64,000 nucleotides of DNA from contig BTUM01000030.1 of the NCBI GenBank assembly GCA_045863235.1, forward strand, positions 1 to 64,000, read 5' to 3'. How positions within the stretch are numbered: the stretch's first letter is position 1; every line of letters starts with the position of its first letter. The DNA comes from Candidatus Xenobia bacterium (lineage in GTDB: Bacteria > Vulcanimicrobiota > Xenobia > Xenobiales > QWHO01). The notes beneath the pieces are model-generated. The model saw only the letters and a list, made by a program, of their open reading frames with translations. It was not told the DNA's origin and did no database searches. A program made the translations under genes and the position numbers. Shown one piece after another: positions 37,800 to 47,212 of the stretch.

Positions 37800-38195
37800 C
37801 CCCGCTCCGAGCCCCACAGCGGGCGGTGGGGATCCCCACTCTGGGCCGTGGGGCAGCCGACCCGGCCCGAGCCCCACAGCGGGCGGTGGGGATCCCCACT
37901 CTGGGCCGTGGGGCAGCCGGCCCGGCCCGAGCCCCACAGCGGGCGGTGGGGATCCCCACCCTGGGCGGTGGGGCAGCCGGCCCGAGCCCCACAGCGACCC
38001 TGGGCGGTGGGGCAGTCGGCCCGGCCCGAGCCCCACAGCGACCCTGGGCGGTGGGGCAGCTGTCCCGGCCCGAGCCCCACAGCGGCCCTGGGCGGTGGGG
38101 CAGCCGACCCGGCCCGAGCCCCACAGCGGGCCGTGGGGCAGCCGGCCCGCCCCGAGCCCCACAGCGGCCCTGGGCCCCGAGCCCCACAGCGGCGC
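37800..38195. repeat. Intergenic palindromic tandem array, 9 core copies
   Basis: CCGAGCCCCACAGCG at 37807, 37867, 37927, 37982, 38026, 38070, 38114, 38152 and 38177. Confidence 0.95.
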
Positions 38196-38213
38196 GAGCC
38201 GGCCAGCCCCGCT

Positions 38214-39083
38214 TCAGCCGCCCGCGAGCTCCTCCAGCTTGCCTTGGAGCGTATCCAAGCACCGCTCGGACTCCACTTCCTCGGTGCTCAAGCGGATGAT
38301 CGGGACGCCGATCTGCTGGGCGCGATCACGGTCGCCGCGCGGGTCGTGGCCGGTGCCATCGACCTCCAGCACGAACCAGAGGATGCGGCCGCGCAGGGCT
38401 GCCTTGACCAGGAAGTCCACCGTCGGGGTGCGCTGCTTGAGCCCCTCCCCTGTGGGGACGCGGACTAGAACCTGCATGCTCACCTGCGGGATCAAGAGCA
38501 GCTGCCAATCGCCCAGCGCGAGCTCCAGGGCGGGAACGCGCAGGTCGCCCACCATCAGCCCGGTAGCCGGATCCACGACGGGCCGCAAGCGAAAGCCAGC
38601 GCGAAGAGCGCTCGCCCGCACGCTGCGCGCTCCCGCGGAAAGCAAGCGCAGGTCCAAGAGCGCTTCCTCGGCCGAGCCGCAAGCGGCGCGGGCCAGGAAG
38701 CGGCTGATCTGAGCCCGATCGCGACGCCGTGCGAGCCAATCCTCGAGACAGGCGACGGCTTGGGGCCAGCGATCCCGGGCTGCAGCCAGGCGGACCGACA
38801 TCGGACGGTCGCTCGGCGGGTGGTAGCGCATGGAGCTCGAGGCCAGAGTGGCCGTGTCCGCGCGACCTCGAGCGCACTCGGTAGGTCGAGCCCACTGCAC
38901 GCGGAGCACCCGCGCCAGGCGGGACTGCTCCTCGGCGCCGGGCAAGCGCCGCAGGTTCTCCCAATCAGCCACGCGGCGCCCGTCGGCGCCCACCGCCCGG
39001 CCCAGCTCCTTCTGGGTCAGGCCTCTGGCTTTGCGTTGTTTGCGAAGAAAGCTCCCGGTCATGGTGGGTAACATCATACCCAT
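38214..39083 (-). CDS. XRE HTH + DUF559/Vsr-like PD-(D/E)xK nuclease fusion
   Basis: LRKQRKARGLTQKELGRAVG...VADWE; PQV...VDFLV...VLEVDGTGH...DRDRA...IIRL. Confidence 0.75.
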   Translation of the reverse strand: MGMMLPTMTGSFLRKQRKARGLTQKELGRAVGADGRRVADWENLRRLPGAEEQSRLARVLRVQWARPTECARGRADTATLASSSMRYHPPSDRPMSVRLAAARDRWPQAVACLEDWLARRRDRAQISRFLARAACGSAEEALLDLRLLSAGARSVRASALRAGFRLRPVVDPATGLMVGDLRVPALELALGDWQLLLIPQVSMQVLVRVPTGEGLKQRTPTVDFLVKAALRGRILWFVLEVDGTGHDPRGDRDRAQQIGVPIIRLSTEEVESERCLDTLQGKLEELAGG

Positions 39084-39178
39084 AGCTTAGCTGCGTGAAC
39101 GCGAGCAAAGGCAGGTCAGGTTGTTGCCGCCTCGTTGCCAGAGTGTAAGAACGGTATGAACAAAGAATGAACGCAGGC

Positions 39179-40225
39179 TCAGTAGCGGATTGTGGTCTCG
39201 TTGCTCCAGCCGGGCGGATCCACGCGGATCTCGCCTTTGCCCAGCGTGATGGTGGTTTCCTGAGCGAACACCCCGGAGGGCCGCACGCGGATCACGTTGC
39301 CGTCGCGCACAATACTCGTCTCGTTGGCCCAGCCCTCCGGATCGACCCGCGATTGACCCGGGCCGTGCGTGATCACGGTGGTGTTGCCGAACCCGGGCGG
39401 GTCGACCACGGTACGCCCCTCCGAAAGCCGGATCGTGACTGTGTTGCCGATGCCGCTGGGATCGACCTGCACCTGGTCGGAACTGCGGGTGAGCACGATC
39501 TCGTTGGCCCAGCCGGTCCGGTCGATCACCGTGCGACCCTGGGCGTCGCGGGTTACCGAGGTGCCGTTGCCCCAGCCGGCCGGATCGATCGAGATGCGGC
39601 AACCGTCCTGGTCCAGCGAGGTGGAGTTGCTCCAGCCGGGCGGATCCACCGTCCAGCTGCTGCCGCTGCGGCTCACGTCGGTGGAGTTGCTCCAGCCGGG
39701 CGGGTCGATGTTGATCCTGCTGGCCTCGGCAGGCACGTAGGGGCCGTTCTCAATCCGGTCGCTGACCAGCACCAGGTTCTCGTTCAGGTCGTAGAACAGC
39801 CCGTCGCCCAGGTAGACGCCCACGGCGTGGTAGTCGTTGTCCACCGTGCGGGTGACGTCCTGGCCATCCGGGCCCTTCTCGGTCACGGTGTGGGTGCCCC
39901 GCATCACGTCCACCCGGTGCACCCCCTCGGGGATGACCTCCACGGTGAAATCGCCGGTGGCCTGGTAGTGCTGGCTGACGCAGGTGACCGCCGGGGGAGG
40001 CGCGGCTCCAAGCTGGGGAGCGCACCCCAGCAGGCCCAGACCCACCAGCCCCAGAGCCAGTCCGGCGGCCACGCGCAGCCCGGTCCTTTTCGAGCCCTCG
40101 CTCGAGGGCGCGGCGACCGGGGCGGGTCCCACGTAGGCGTCGGCTGGACCGGCGGCCACCGCGGGGCTGCCGGGAGGCGCTTTGTAGGCCAGCTGGGACG
40201 AGGCGGAAAGCGGTGGAATCTGCAT
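39179..40225 (-). CDS. Membrane-anchored/lipoprotein with ~19-aa DPxG(W/F) beta-repeats
   Basis: GAGGAGG upstream; hydrophobic LGLLGC segment; about ten IDPPGWSNxT-type repeats. Confidence 0.75.
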   Translation of the reverse strand: MQIPPLSASSQLAYKAPPGSPAVAAGPADAYVGPAPVAAPSSEGSKRTGLRVAAGLALGLVGLGLLGCAPQLGAAPPPAVTCVSQHYQATGDFTVEVIPEGVHRVDVMRGTHTVTEKGPDGQDVTRTVDNDYHAVGVYLGDGLFYDLNENLVLVSDRIENGPYVPAEASRINIDPPGWSNSTDVSRSGSSWTVDPPGWSNSTSLDQDGCRISIDPAGWGNGTSVTRDAQGRTVIDRTGWANEIVLTRSSDQVQVDPSGIGNTVTIRLSEGRTVVDPPGFGNTTVITHGPGQSRVDPEGWANETSIVRDGNVIRVRPSGVFAQETTITLGKGEIRVDPPGWSNETTIRY

Positions 40226-40282
40226 AGCGCCCCTATCCTCCTCGGAAGGCATGAAAAATTCCTGATAAGCGACAGGGCCAGC

Positions 40283-40834
40283 ATGCAGATCCTGCTGACC
40301 CTTCTCGTGTTGCTCGCCACCCAGGTGCCCCGCGAGGAGCGCATCAAGAAAGCACTCGTCGAGGGGGCCCGCACCCGCCTGGGCGACGCTTACGACTCGG
40401 ACTACTACGCCAACGGTTATCCGCCCAAAGGCAAGAGCGCCTGCGTGGACGTGCTCTACTTCGCCTGCCAGCGGGTCAGCCTCGACCTGCAAAACGAGGT
40501 CGACAAAGACATCCAGCGCCGCCCGGACCTTTATCCCAGCATCCGCGACCGGGCCATCAACCACCGCTGGGCCCCCAACCTGATCGTCTATTTCCGGCGC
40601 CACTGGCACGTGCTGCCCAACGATAGCCAGTGGGAAAAGGGCGACGTGGTCTTCTGGAGCCTGACCGACGACGGGGTGGCCGACCACTGCGGGCTGGTCA
40701 CCAACCCGCCCTTCGTGATCCACCAGTTTCCCCCGCTGTGCGCCGAGCATCCCGTGCTGCTGGGCTGGAAAGTGATGGGCCATTTCCGCCATCCCGAGGC
40801 AGGGTCGAGCCGCGCCAAACCGAAGGGCAGGTGA
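40283..40834 (+). CDS. DUF1287 family protein
   Basis: YDSDYYANGYPP, ACVDV, DLQNEVDKDI, INHRWAPNL, GDVVFW, HCG. Confidence 0.85.
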   Translation: MQILLTLLVLLATQVPREERIKKALVEGARTRLGDAYDSDYYANGYPPKGKSACVDVLYFACQRVSLDLQNEVDKDIQRRPDLYPSIRDRAINHRWAPNLIVYFRRHWHVLPNDSQWEKGDVVFWSLTDDGVADHCGLVTNPPFVIHQFPPLCAEHPVLLGWKVMGHFRHPEAGSSRAKPKGR

Positions 40835-40856
40835 GCTTACCAGGAGGATTCGTCCC

Positions 40857-41738
40857 GTGTCCAACGCGCCATTCGGCCGTCTGCTGACCGCCATGGTCAC
40901 CCCTTTCACCCCCAGCCTCGAGGTGGATTACGATCGCGCCGTCGAGCTGGCCCGCAAGCTCATTGCCGACGGCAATGACGGGCTGATCGTGGCAGGCACC
41001 ACGGGCGAGTCTCCCACCCTGAGCAAGGCCGAGAAGCTCGAGCTGTTCAAGCGGGTCAAGCAAGCCGTGGGCAAGGACATTCCCATCGTGGCCGGCACAG
41101 GCTCCTATGCCACCCAGGCCACCATCGAGCTGAGCCAGGCCGCCGCCGAGACGGGCGTGGACGGCCTCCTGCTGGTGGCGCCCTACTACAACAAGCCCCC
41201 TCAAGAGGGCATGTTCTTGCACTTCCAGGCCATCGCCAGAGCCACCAGGCTTCCTATCATGCTGTACAACATCCCGGGCCGCACCGGCATCGAGCTCCTG
41301 CCCGAGACCCTGGCCCGGCTGGGCGAGATCCCCTCGATCCAGGCGGTCAAGCAGTCCCTGCCCAGCCTGGACCCGATCAACGAGCTGGCCATCCGCTCTG
41401 ACCTGGCTCAGTACAGCGGCGACGACGGCAACACTCTGCCCATCCTGGCCCTGGGCGGTGTGGGCGTGGTGAGCGTGGCCGGCCACGTGGCCGCCGGGCT
41501 CATCAAGCGCCAGATCGAAGCCTTCTTCGCCGGTCAGGTGGCCGAGGCCGCCCGCCTGCAGCGCCAGCTCTATCCTCTCTTCACGGGTCTGTTCAAGACC
41601 AGCAACCCCATCCTGGTCAAAGCGGCTCTCAAGAAACTGGGCTTCCCCGTGGGAGGCCTGCGGCCCCCGCTGATCGAGGCCACCCCCGAGCAGGAGCAGG
41701 CCCTGGATAAAGTGCTGGCCGTCACCACCGCCGCTTGA
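40857..41738 (+). CDS. dapA: 4-hydroxy-tetrahydrodipicolinate synthase
   Basis: GTTGESPTL, PYYNKP, LYNIPGRTG, SNPILVK. Confidence 0.97.
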   Translation: MSNAPFGRLLTAMVTPFTPSLEVDYDRAVELARKLIADGNDGLIVAGTTGESPTLSKAEKLELFKRVKQAVGKDIPIVAGTGSYATQATIELSQAAAETGVDGLLLVAPYYNKPPQEGMFLHFQAIARATRLPIMLYNIPGRTGIELLPETLARLGEIPSIQAVKQSLPSLDPINELAIRSDLAQYSGDDGNTLPILALGGVGVVSVAGHVAAGLIKRQIEAFFAGQVAEAARLQRQLYPLFTGLFKTSNPILVKAALKKLGFPVGGLRPPLIEATPEQEQALDKVLAVTTAA

Positions 41739-43027
41739 GCGCCATCCAGGTCCGTCCTCTTCAGGAGCCCTGGGAGAGCCGCCTGAACGTCCCGGGGGAC
41801 AAGTCCATCTCCCACCGGGCCCTGATGCTGGCGGCCATGAGCGACGGGCCGTGCCGCCTGAGCGACCTCTCGCAGGGCAAGGACGTGCAGAGCACCCTGC
41901 GCTGCCTCAAGCAGATGGGGATCACGGCTCGCCGCGACCGGGCGGACCTGCTCCTGACCGGCTGGGGCAACCGCTGGCAAGAGCCCGACCGGGTGCTCGA
42001 CTGCGGCAACTCGGGCACCAGCATGCGCCTGCTCACGGGCATCCTGGCCGGTTGCCCCGGTCTTTGCGTGCTGAGCGGCGACGCATCGCTGCGCAATCGA
42101 CCGATGGGGCGGGTGCTGGAGCCCCTGCTCGAGATGGGGGCCCGGGTCCGAGGGCGCCAGGGCAATCGCTTCGCCCCCCTCGTCGTGGAAGGCACCGAGC
42201 TGCAGGGCATCTACCACAAGCTCCGGGTGGCCAGCGCCCAGGTCAAGTCGTGCATCCTGCTGGCCGGCCTCAAGGCGGGCGGCACCACCGTGCTGGAAGA
42301 GCCCCAGCAGAGCCGCGACCACACCGAGCGCATGCTCAGTCACCTGGGGGTGCGCATCACCCGCGACGAGAACCGTCTCCACCTGAGCCCCGCGGAGCGG
42401 ATCCCGGCCTTCGACTGCCGGGTTCCCGGCGACGTCTCCTCGGCGGCCTTTCTGGTCACGGCCGCGGTCATCAGCCCCGGGGCCCGGGTGCTCATCGACG
42501 ACGTGGGGCTCAATCCCACCCGCACCGCCTACCTGGATTTGTTGCGCCAGATGGGCGCCCGAATCACCACTCGGGTGACCCGCACCGATCTGGGCGAGCC
42601 GGTGGGCAGTATCGAGGCGCTGGGCTCGGAGCTGGTGGGCATGCAGGTGCCCGAGTCGGAGATTCCGGGCGCCATCGACGAACTGCCCCTCCTGGCCGTG
42701 GCCGCCAGCCAGGCAAAGGGGACGACGCTGGTGCGCGGCGCGGCCGAGCTGCGCGTCAAGGAGTCGGACCGCATCCACTCCACCGTCACCGAGCTGCGCA
42801 AGCTCGGAGCCGAAGTGGAGGAGTTCGAGGACGGCTTTGCGGTGCACGGGCCCACCCCCCTGAAGGGCGCCACGGTGGAGTGCCACCACGACCATCGGCT
42901 GGAGATGAGCCTGGCCGTGGCTGGCCTGGTTGCCCGCGGCAAGACCCGCATCCAGGGCACGGGCTGGGCGGCCATCTCCTTCCCGAGCTTCTGGGAGAGC
43001 TTCCCGGGCCCCTGGCAAGAGCTTTGA
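41735..43027 (+). CDS. aroA: EPSP synthase
   Basis: PGDKSISHRA, DCGNSGT, ASAQVKS, RVKESDRI, DHRLEM. Confidence 0.97.
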   Translation: MSAIQVRPLQEPWESRLNVPGDKSISHRALMLAAMSDGPCRLSDLSQGKDVQSTLRCLKQMGITARRDRADLLLTGWGNRWQEPDRVLDCGNSGTSMRLLTGILAGCPGLCVLSGDASLRNRPMGRVLEPLLEMGARVRGRQGNRFAPLVVEGTELQGIYHKLRVASAQVKSCILLAGLKAGGTTVLEEPQQSRDHTERMLSHLGVRITRDENRLHLSPAERIPAFDCRVPGDVSSAAFLVTAAVISPGARVLIDDVGLNPTRTAYLDLLRQMGARITTRVTRTDLGEPVGSIEALGSELVGMQVPESEIPGAIDELPLLAVAASQAKGTTLVRGAAELRVKESDRIHSTVTELRKLGAEVEEFEDGFAVHGPTPLKGATVECHHDHRLEMSLAVAGLVARGKTRIQGTGWAAISFPSFWESFPGPWQEL

Positions 43028-43821
43028 CCCGCAGCGTCTGGTTGCTGGGGCGACCGGTTGCCCACTCGGTCTCCCCCGCCATGCACCAGGCCGCCTACCA
43101 GGCGCTGGGGGAGGACCTGGTCTACCTGGCCGCCGAGGTGGGACCGGAGGATCTGCCCACGGTGCTCGACGGGCTTCTGAAACTGCAGGCTTTGGGGATC
43201 AACCTGACCATCCCCCTCAAGCAGGCGGTGCTTCCTCTGCTCAAGCGGCTGGATCGGCGCGCCCGTGAGCTGGGCGCGGTCAACTGCCTGCGGCCCTGCG
43301 ACGGGGGCTGGGAAGGGACCAACACCGACGCCGACGGCTGGCTCGACAGCTGGCGCGAGGAGGTGGGCCAGCCACTGGAAGGCCGCCGGGCCATCGTCCT
43401 GGGCTGGGGCGGGGCGGCCCGGGCGGTGGGCACCCTGCTGCAAGAGCAGGGCGCGCGGCTGCAGGTGCTGCTGCGCGATCCAACCCGGCTGAAGGACTCG
43501 GCCTCGTTGCAGGAGCTGGCAACCTATCTCGAGCCCGGGGCGATCGTGCTCAACGCCACTCCGGTGGGCACGCAGAGCGAGCAGAGCCCGGTCCGGTGGC
43601 CCGACGAGGTGCCCCAGAACCTGGTGGCCTGCGACCTGGTCTACAATCCACAGCAGACCCGCTTCCTGCTCGACGCGCGCCAAAGGGGCTGTGCCACCCT
43701 GGGCGGGCTGGGGATGCTGGTGCACCAGGCCAGGCGGGCGATCGAGTGGTGGACCGGTAAACCGGCCGACTGTGCTGCGGTGATGCGCCGGGCCGCCGAG
43801 GCTCAGCTCAGCTCGATGTAG
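43024..43821 (+). CDS. aroE: Shikimate dehydrogenase
   Basis: TTGA overlap; PVAHSVSP, NLTIPLK, NTDADG, DLVYNP, GLGMLVHQA. Confidence 0.95.
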   Translation: MTRSVWLLGRPVAHSVSPAMHQAAYQALGEDLVYLAAEVGPEDLPTVLDGLLKLQALGINLTIPLKQAVLPLLKRLDRRARELGAVNCLRPCDGGWEGTNTDADGWLDSWREEVGQPLEGRRAIVLGWGGAARAVGTLLQEQGARLQVLLRDPTRLKDSASLQELATYLEPGAIVLNATPVGTQSEQSPVRWPDEVPQNLVACDLVYNPQQTRFLLDARQRGCATLGGLGMLVHQARRAIEWWTGKPADCAAVMRRAAEAQLSSM

Positions 43822-44357
43822 CGGTTGCTCAGCTCGTCGAGGATCTTGTGACGGGCGTTCAATAGCTCGTGGATCTTGCGGGCCGCCGTCATGGGGGTGA
43901 GATGGGTGGTGTTGATGCGGATCTTGACCTGGTCGTAGATCCGCTTTCGCTCCTGCATCAAGAGCTCGACCCGGTCGCGCAGCTCGCCTCGCAGCATGGG
44001 GCGCTTGTCGGTGCGCTCGAGCCGTCCCACCAGGTCTTCTTGCCCGGTGTAGAGGCAGATCAACAATCCATTCTTCTGGAACAGGTCGAACGTGTCGGGG
44101 TCGACGATGGTGCCGCCTCCGGTAGCGATCACCCGGTTGGTCAGGTCGGCCACCTCGCGGGCAAGCTCCTTTTCGTGCTGGCGGAAGAACTCTTCCCCGT
44201 GGGTATCGAAGATCTCGTTCACGGTCATGCCCAGGCGCCGCTCGAGCTCGAGATCGATGTCCAGGAACTTGCGCCCGGTGACCTTGGCCAGCTCACGCCC
44301 GATGGTGGTCTTGCCCGTGCCCATGAAGCCCACCAGATAGATATTCCGCCGTTTCAC
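43803..44357 (-). CDS. aroK: Shikimate kinase
   Basis: GFMGTGKTT, GEEFFR, ATGGG, RPML. Confidence 0.95.
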   Translation of the reverse strand: MKRRNIYLVGFMGTGKTTIGRELAKVTGRKFLDIDLELERRLGMTVNEIFDTHGEEFFRQHEKELAREVADLTNRVIATGGGTIVDPDTFDLFQKNGLLICLYTGQEDLVGRLERTDKRPMLRGELRDRVELLMQERKRIYDQVKIRINTTHLTPMTAARKIHELLNARHKILDELSNRYIELS

Positions 44358-44415
44358 GCCAGAAAGCTTCGCCTCACGAGGGGCCCGCTCCCCTCTCCAC
44401 GAAGGCCCGATCGCC

Positions 44416-45450
44416 GTGCACCCTTACCTGGTCGAGCCGGGCTTGCTGGCCCGGGTTCCGCAGCTGCTTCGCGAGCAAGGCTTCGAGCGAGCCGTCCTGA
44501 TCACCGATCAAGACGTCTATCGAGCCCAGTTCGGCGCCTTTAAGGATGGCTTCGAGCGACTCGACGTGGTGGGCATCGAGGCGGGCGAATCCCAGAAAAC
44601 GTTGGACAACGCCCAGTGGATGTACGGCTGCCTGGCTCGCCTGGAGGTCGATCGACAGACCCCGATCCTGGTCTTCGGTGGTGGCGTCATCGGCGACCTG
44701 GGAGGCTTCGTGGCCGCCACCTACCTGCGCGGACTGCCTCTCTTCGGCATCCCCACCAGCCTGCTGGCCATGGTGGACAGTTCCATCGGCGGCAAGGTGG
44801 GCGTGGACCTGCCTCAAGGCAAGAACCTGGTGGGCGCTTTCTATCCTCCCCGGGCGGTGTGGGCCGATCCCGAAGTGCTCTCCACCCTCCCCGAGAAGGA
44901 GGGCTCCAACGGCATGGCCGAGGTCATCAAGCATGGCCTGATCGCCTCGCCGGAGCTCTTCGAGCTCTGCCGCCAGCTGCCGCCCTTCCCCGAGTGGAGC
45001 CTCGAGCAGCGCACCGAGCTGGTGCGAAGAGCGGCGCAGGTCAAGCTGGAGATCGTGACCCGCGACCCCAAGGAGCTGGGCGAGAGAGCCTTCCTCAACC
45101 TGGGCCACACCCTCGGTCACGCCCTGGAAACGGCCGGCGACTACACGAGGCTGAGCCACGGCCAGGCCGTGGCGCTGGGCCTGCTGGCGGCCCACGAGCT
45201 GGCTCGACGCCAGAAATTGCTGGAGAAGCCCCTGCCGCTCAAGGAGACGTTGGAGCGCCACGGCTTGCCCACGAGGCTGGAGAAGGGCTTTGAGTGGACC
45301 CGGGTGGAGGCGGCTCTCTCCCAGGATAAGAAGCGGCTCAACGGCAAGCTGCGCTTCGTTCTGCCCGTGCGTCCTGGTCTGGTCGAGCTGGTCAGCGGGG
45401 TGCCGCTAGAGCATGTGCGGGAGGTCTTTGAAGAGCTGTGCGCGTCTTGA
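44416..45450 (+). CDS. aroB: 3-dehydroquinate synthase
   Basis: [40 protein letters not shown]. Confidence 0.97.
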   Translation: MHPYLVEPGLLARVPQLLREQGFERAVLITDQDVYRAQFGAFKDGFERLDVVGIEAGESQKTLDNAQWMYGCLARLEVDRQTPILVFGGGVIGDLGGFVAATYLRGLPLFGIPTSLLAMVDSSIGGKVGVDLPQGKNLVGAFYPPRAVWADPEVLSTLPEKEGSNGMAEVIKHGLIASPELFELCRQLPPFPEWSLEQRTELVRRAAQVKLEIVTRDPKELGERAFLNLGHTLGHALETAGDYTRLSHGQAVALGLLAAHELARRQKLLEKPLPLKETLERHGLPTRLEKGFEWTRVEAALSQDKKRLNGKLRFVLPVRPGLVELVSGVPLEHVREVFEELCAS

Positions 45451-45869
45451 TCCTGAACGGTCCCAACTTGAACCTTTTGGGGCGGCGCGAGCCGGAGGTC
45501 TACGGCTCCACCACCTACGCCGAGCTGGTGGCGCTCTGCCAGAAGTGGGGCCAGGAGCTGGGCCTGAAGGTGGAGGTCTACCAGTCCAACCACGAGGGGG
45601 CCCTGCTCGACAAGCTGCATCAGACCGAGGCCGACTTCGTGGTGCTCAATCCCGGCGCCCTGACCCACACCTCGGTGGCTCTGCGCGACGCCGTGGCCGG
45701 GGTGGAGCTGCCCACCATCGAGGTCCACCTGAGCAACATCTACGCTCGCGAGGAGTGGCGCCGGCGCTCGCTGGTCAGCGACGTCTGCAAGGGCGTCATC
45801 AGCGGGCTGGGCGTTCAGGGTTATCGGTTGGCTCTGAGCGCCGGCAAGGAGCTTTTCCCAGGAGGCTAA
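45438..45869 (+). CDS. aroQ: Type II 3-dehydroquinate dehydratase
   Basis: [31 protein letters not shown]. Confidence 0.97.
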   Translation: MRVLILNGPNLNLLGRREPEVYGSTTYAELVALCQKWGQELGLKVEVYQSNHEGALLDKLHQTEADFVVLNPGALTHTSVALRDAVAGVELPTIEVHLSNIYAREEWRRRSLVSDVCKGVISGLGVQGYRLALSAGKELFPGG

Positions 45870-45896
45870 GCCATCCGGGCCGAAGTTTTCCCGGTC

Positions 45897-46376
45897 ATGA
45901 GACGCCTTGTTTGCATGCTGGGGCTGTTGGCTCTGCCGGCCCTCTGCCAGCCCGCCGCGGTGGCCGGGGTGGTGGTCAACGGCAGCACCCTCCATCCGGG
46001 CGCTCCCATGCCCCTGGTCATCGGTGTGATGGGGCCGCCCGACTTCGTGCGGGCCATGCGCGGCCAGCGCCAGGAAGACGACTACGTGATGTTCACCTAT
46101 CCCAACCACGGCGTCTCCTTCGACATCAACTCGAGCACCAACAAAGTGCAGGGCATCCTGGTGGAGGGCTCCTCGGCCCGCCTGGAGGGGGTTCCCTTCC
46201 GCATCGGCGACAACCAGCTCAGCGTCACCTCCAGTTGGGGACGGCCCGAGCGCACCGAGGTGGGCATGCTGGTCTACTGGCGACGGGGCGTCTACCTGGG
46301 ACTGGACGACTCGGGAAGGATCCTGCGCGTCTTCTTGACCGAGCCCGGCCAGTTCCAGGAGGCCGGGCAGGGCTGA
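45897..46376 (+). CDS. Secreted hypothetical protein
   Basis: Signal peptide; in operon context. Confidence 0.7.
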   Translation: MRRLVCMLGLLALPALCQPAAVAGVVVNGSTLHPGAPMPLVIGVMGPPDFVRAMRGQRQEDDYVMFTYPNHGVSFDINSSTNKVQGILVEGSSARLEGVPFRIGDNQLSVTSSWGRPERTEVGMLVYWRRGVYLGLDDSGRILRVFLTEPGQFQEAGQG

Positions 46377-46381
46377 GCGAG

Positions 46382-47212
46382 ATGATGGGCTTCCTGAACT
46401 TCTTGAAGCCCCCCGCCATGACGTCCCACGATGCCGTGGCCTGGCTGCGCCGTCAGCTGCCCCGAGGGACGCGCGTGGGCCACCTGGGCACCCTGGACCC
46501 GCCCGCCACGGGCGTGCTGCCGCTGGCGGTGGGAGCGGCCACCCGCTGGATCCAGTTCCTGCCGCCGGCTCGCAAGAGCTATCGGGCCGAGCTCACTTTT
46601 GGCCTGGAGTCGGATACCCTGGACACGGCCGGCACCATTCTGGCTCGTCGGCCCGCCCCTCGGACCGATATCGAGCCCCTCCTGCAACGGATGCGCGGCT
46701 CGCAGATGCAGGTGCCTCCCGTGGTCAGCGCCCTGCGGGTCGAGGGCAAGCGCAGCTACGAGCGGGCGCGGGCCGGCGAGAGCGTGGAGCACGAGGCTCG
46801 GGCGGTGGAGATCTACCGCCTCGAGCTGATCCACGAGGATTGGCCACGCGTGTTGATCGACGTCGAGTGCAGCGCCGGCACCTACGTGCGCTCGCTGGCC
46901 CGCGACCTGGGCCAGCAAGTCGGCTGCGGGGCGGTGCTGTCGTTTCTGGTGCGCACCGCCTCGGGGCCGTTTCGTCTGGAAGAGGCCGTCACCGCCGAGG
47001 AGACCCCGCCCTTCCCGCTGGTCGGCCTGGAGACCGTGCTGGAGGGCCTGCCCCGGGTCAGGGTCCGGCCCGGTCTGATGCCCGGCCAGGAGTGCCCGGT
47101 GGAGGATCCACCCCCGGAGGGCACCACCGTGGTGCTGTTCGATCCCGCCTTCGTGGGGGTGGGTCGCATGAAGAACGGCCTGGCTCGCCTGGTGAGGACG
47201 CCATGGCAGTAG
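46382..47212 (+). CDS. truB: tRNA pseudouridine(55) synthase
   Basis: KPPAMTSHD, GHLGTLDPPATGVLP, CSAGTYVRSLARD. Confidence 0.95.
   Translation: MMGFLNFLKPPAMTSHDAVAWLRRQLPRGTRVGHLGTLDPPATGVLPLAVGAATRWIQFLPPARKSYRAELTFGLESDTLDTAGTILARRPAPRTDIEPLLQRMRGSQMQVPPVVSALRVEGKRSYERARAGESVEHEARAVEIYRLELIHEDWPRVLIDVECSAGTYVRSLARDLGQQVGCGAVLSFLVRTASGPFRLEEAVTAEETPPFPLVGLETVLEGLPRVRVRPGLMPGQECPVEDPPPEGTTVVLFDPAFVGVGRMKNGLARLVRTPWQ

Noticed and set aside
37800..38195. CRISPR array
   Set aside because: Inter-repeat segments are re-used modules of variable length rather than unique spacers, and there are no cas genes in the window
37685..38468. ORFs spanning the repeat array
   Set aside because: Open frames on both strands arise from GC-rich repeats lacking stops; the translations are low-complexity
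43803..44357. aroK inverted within the aro cluster as an invertible segment
   Set aside because: No flanking inverted repeats or recombinase seen; ordinary gene-order variation
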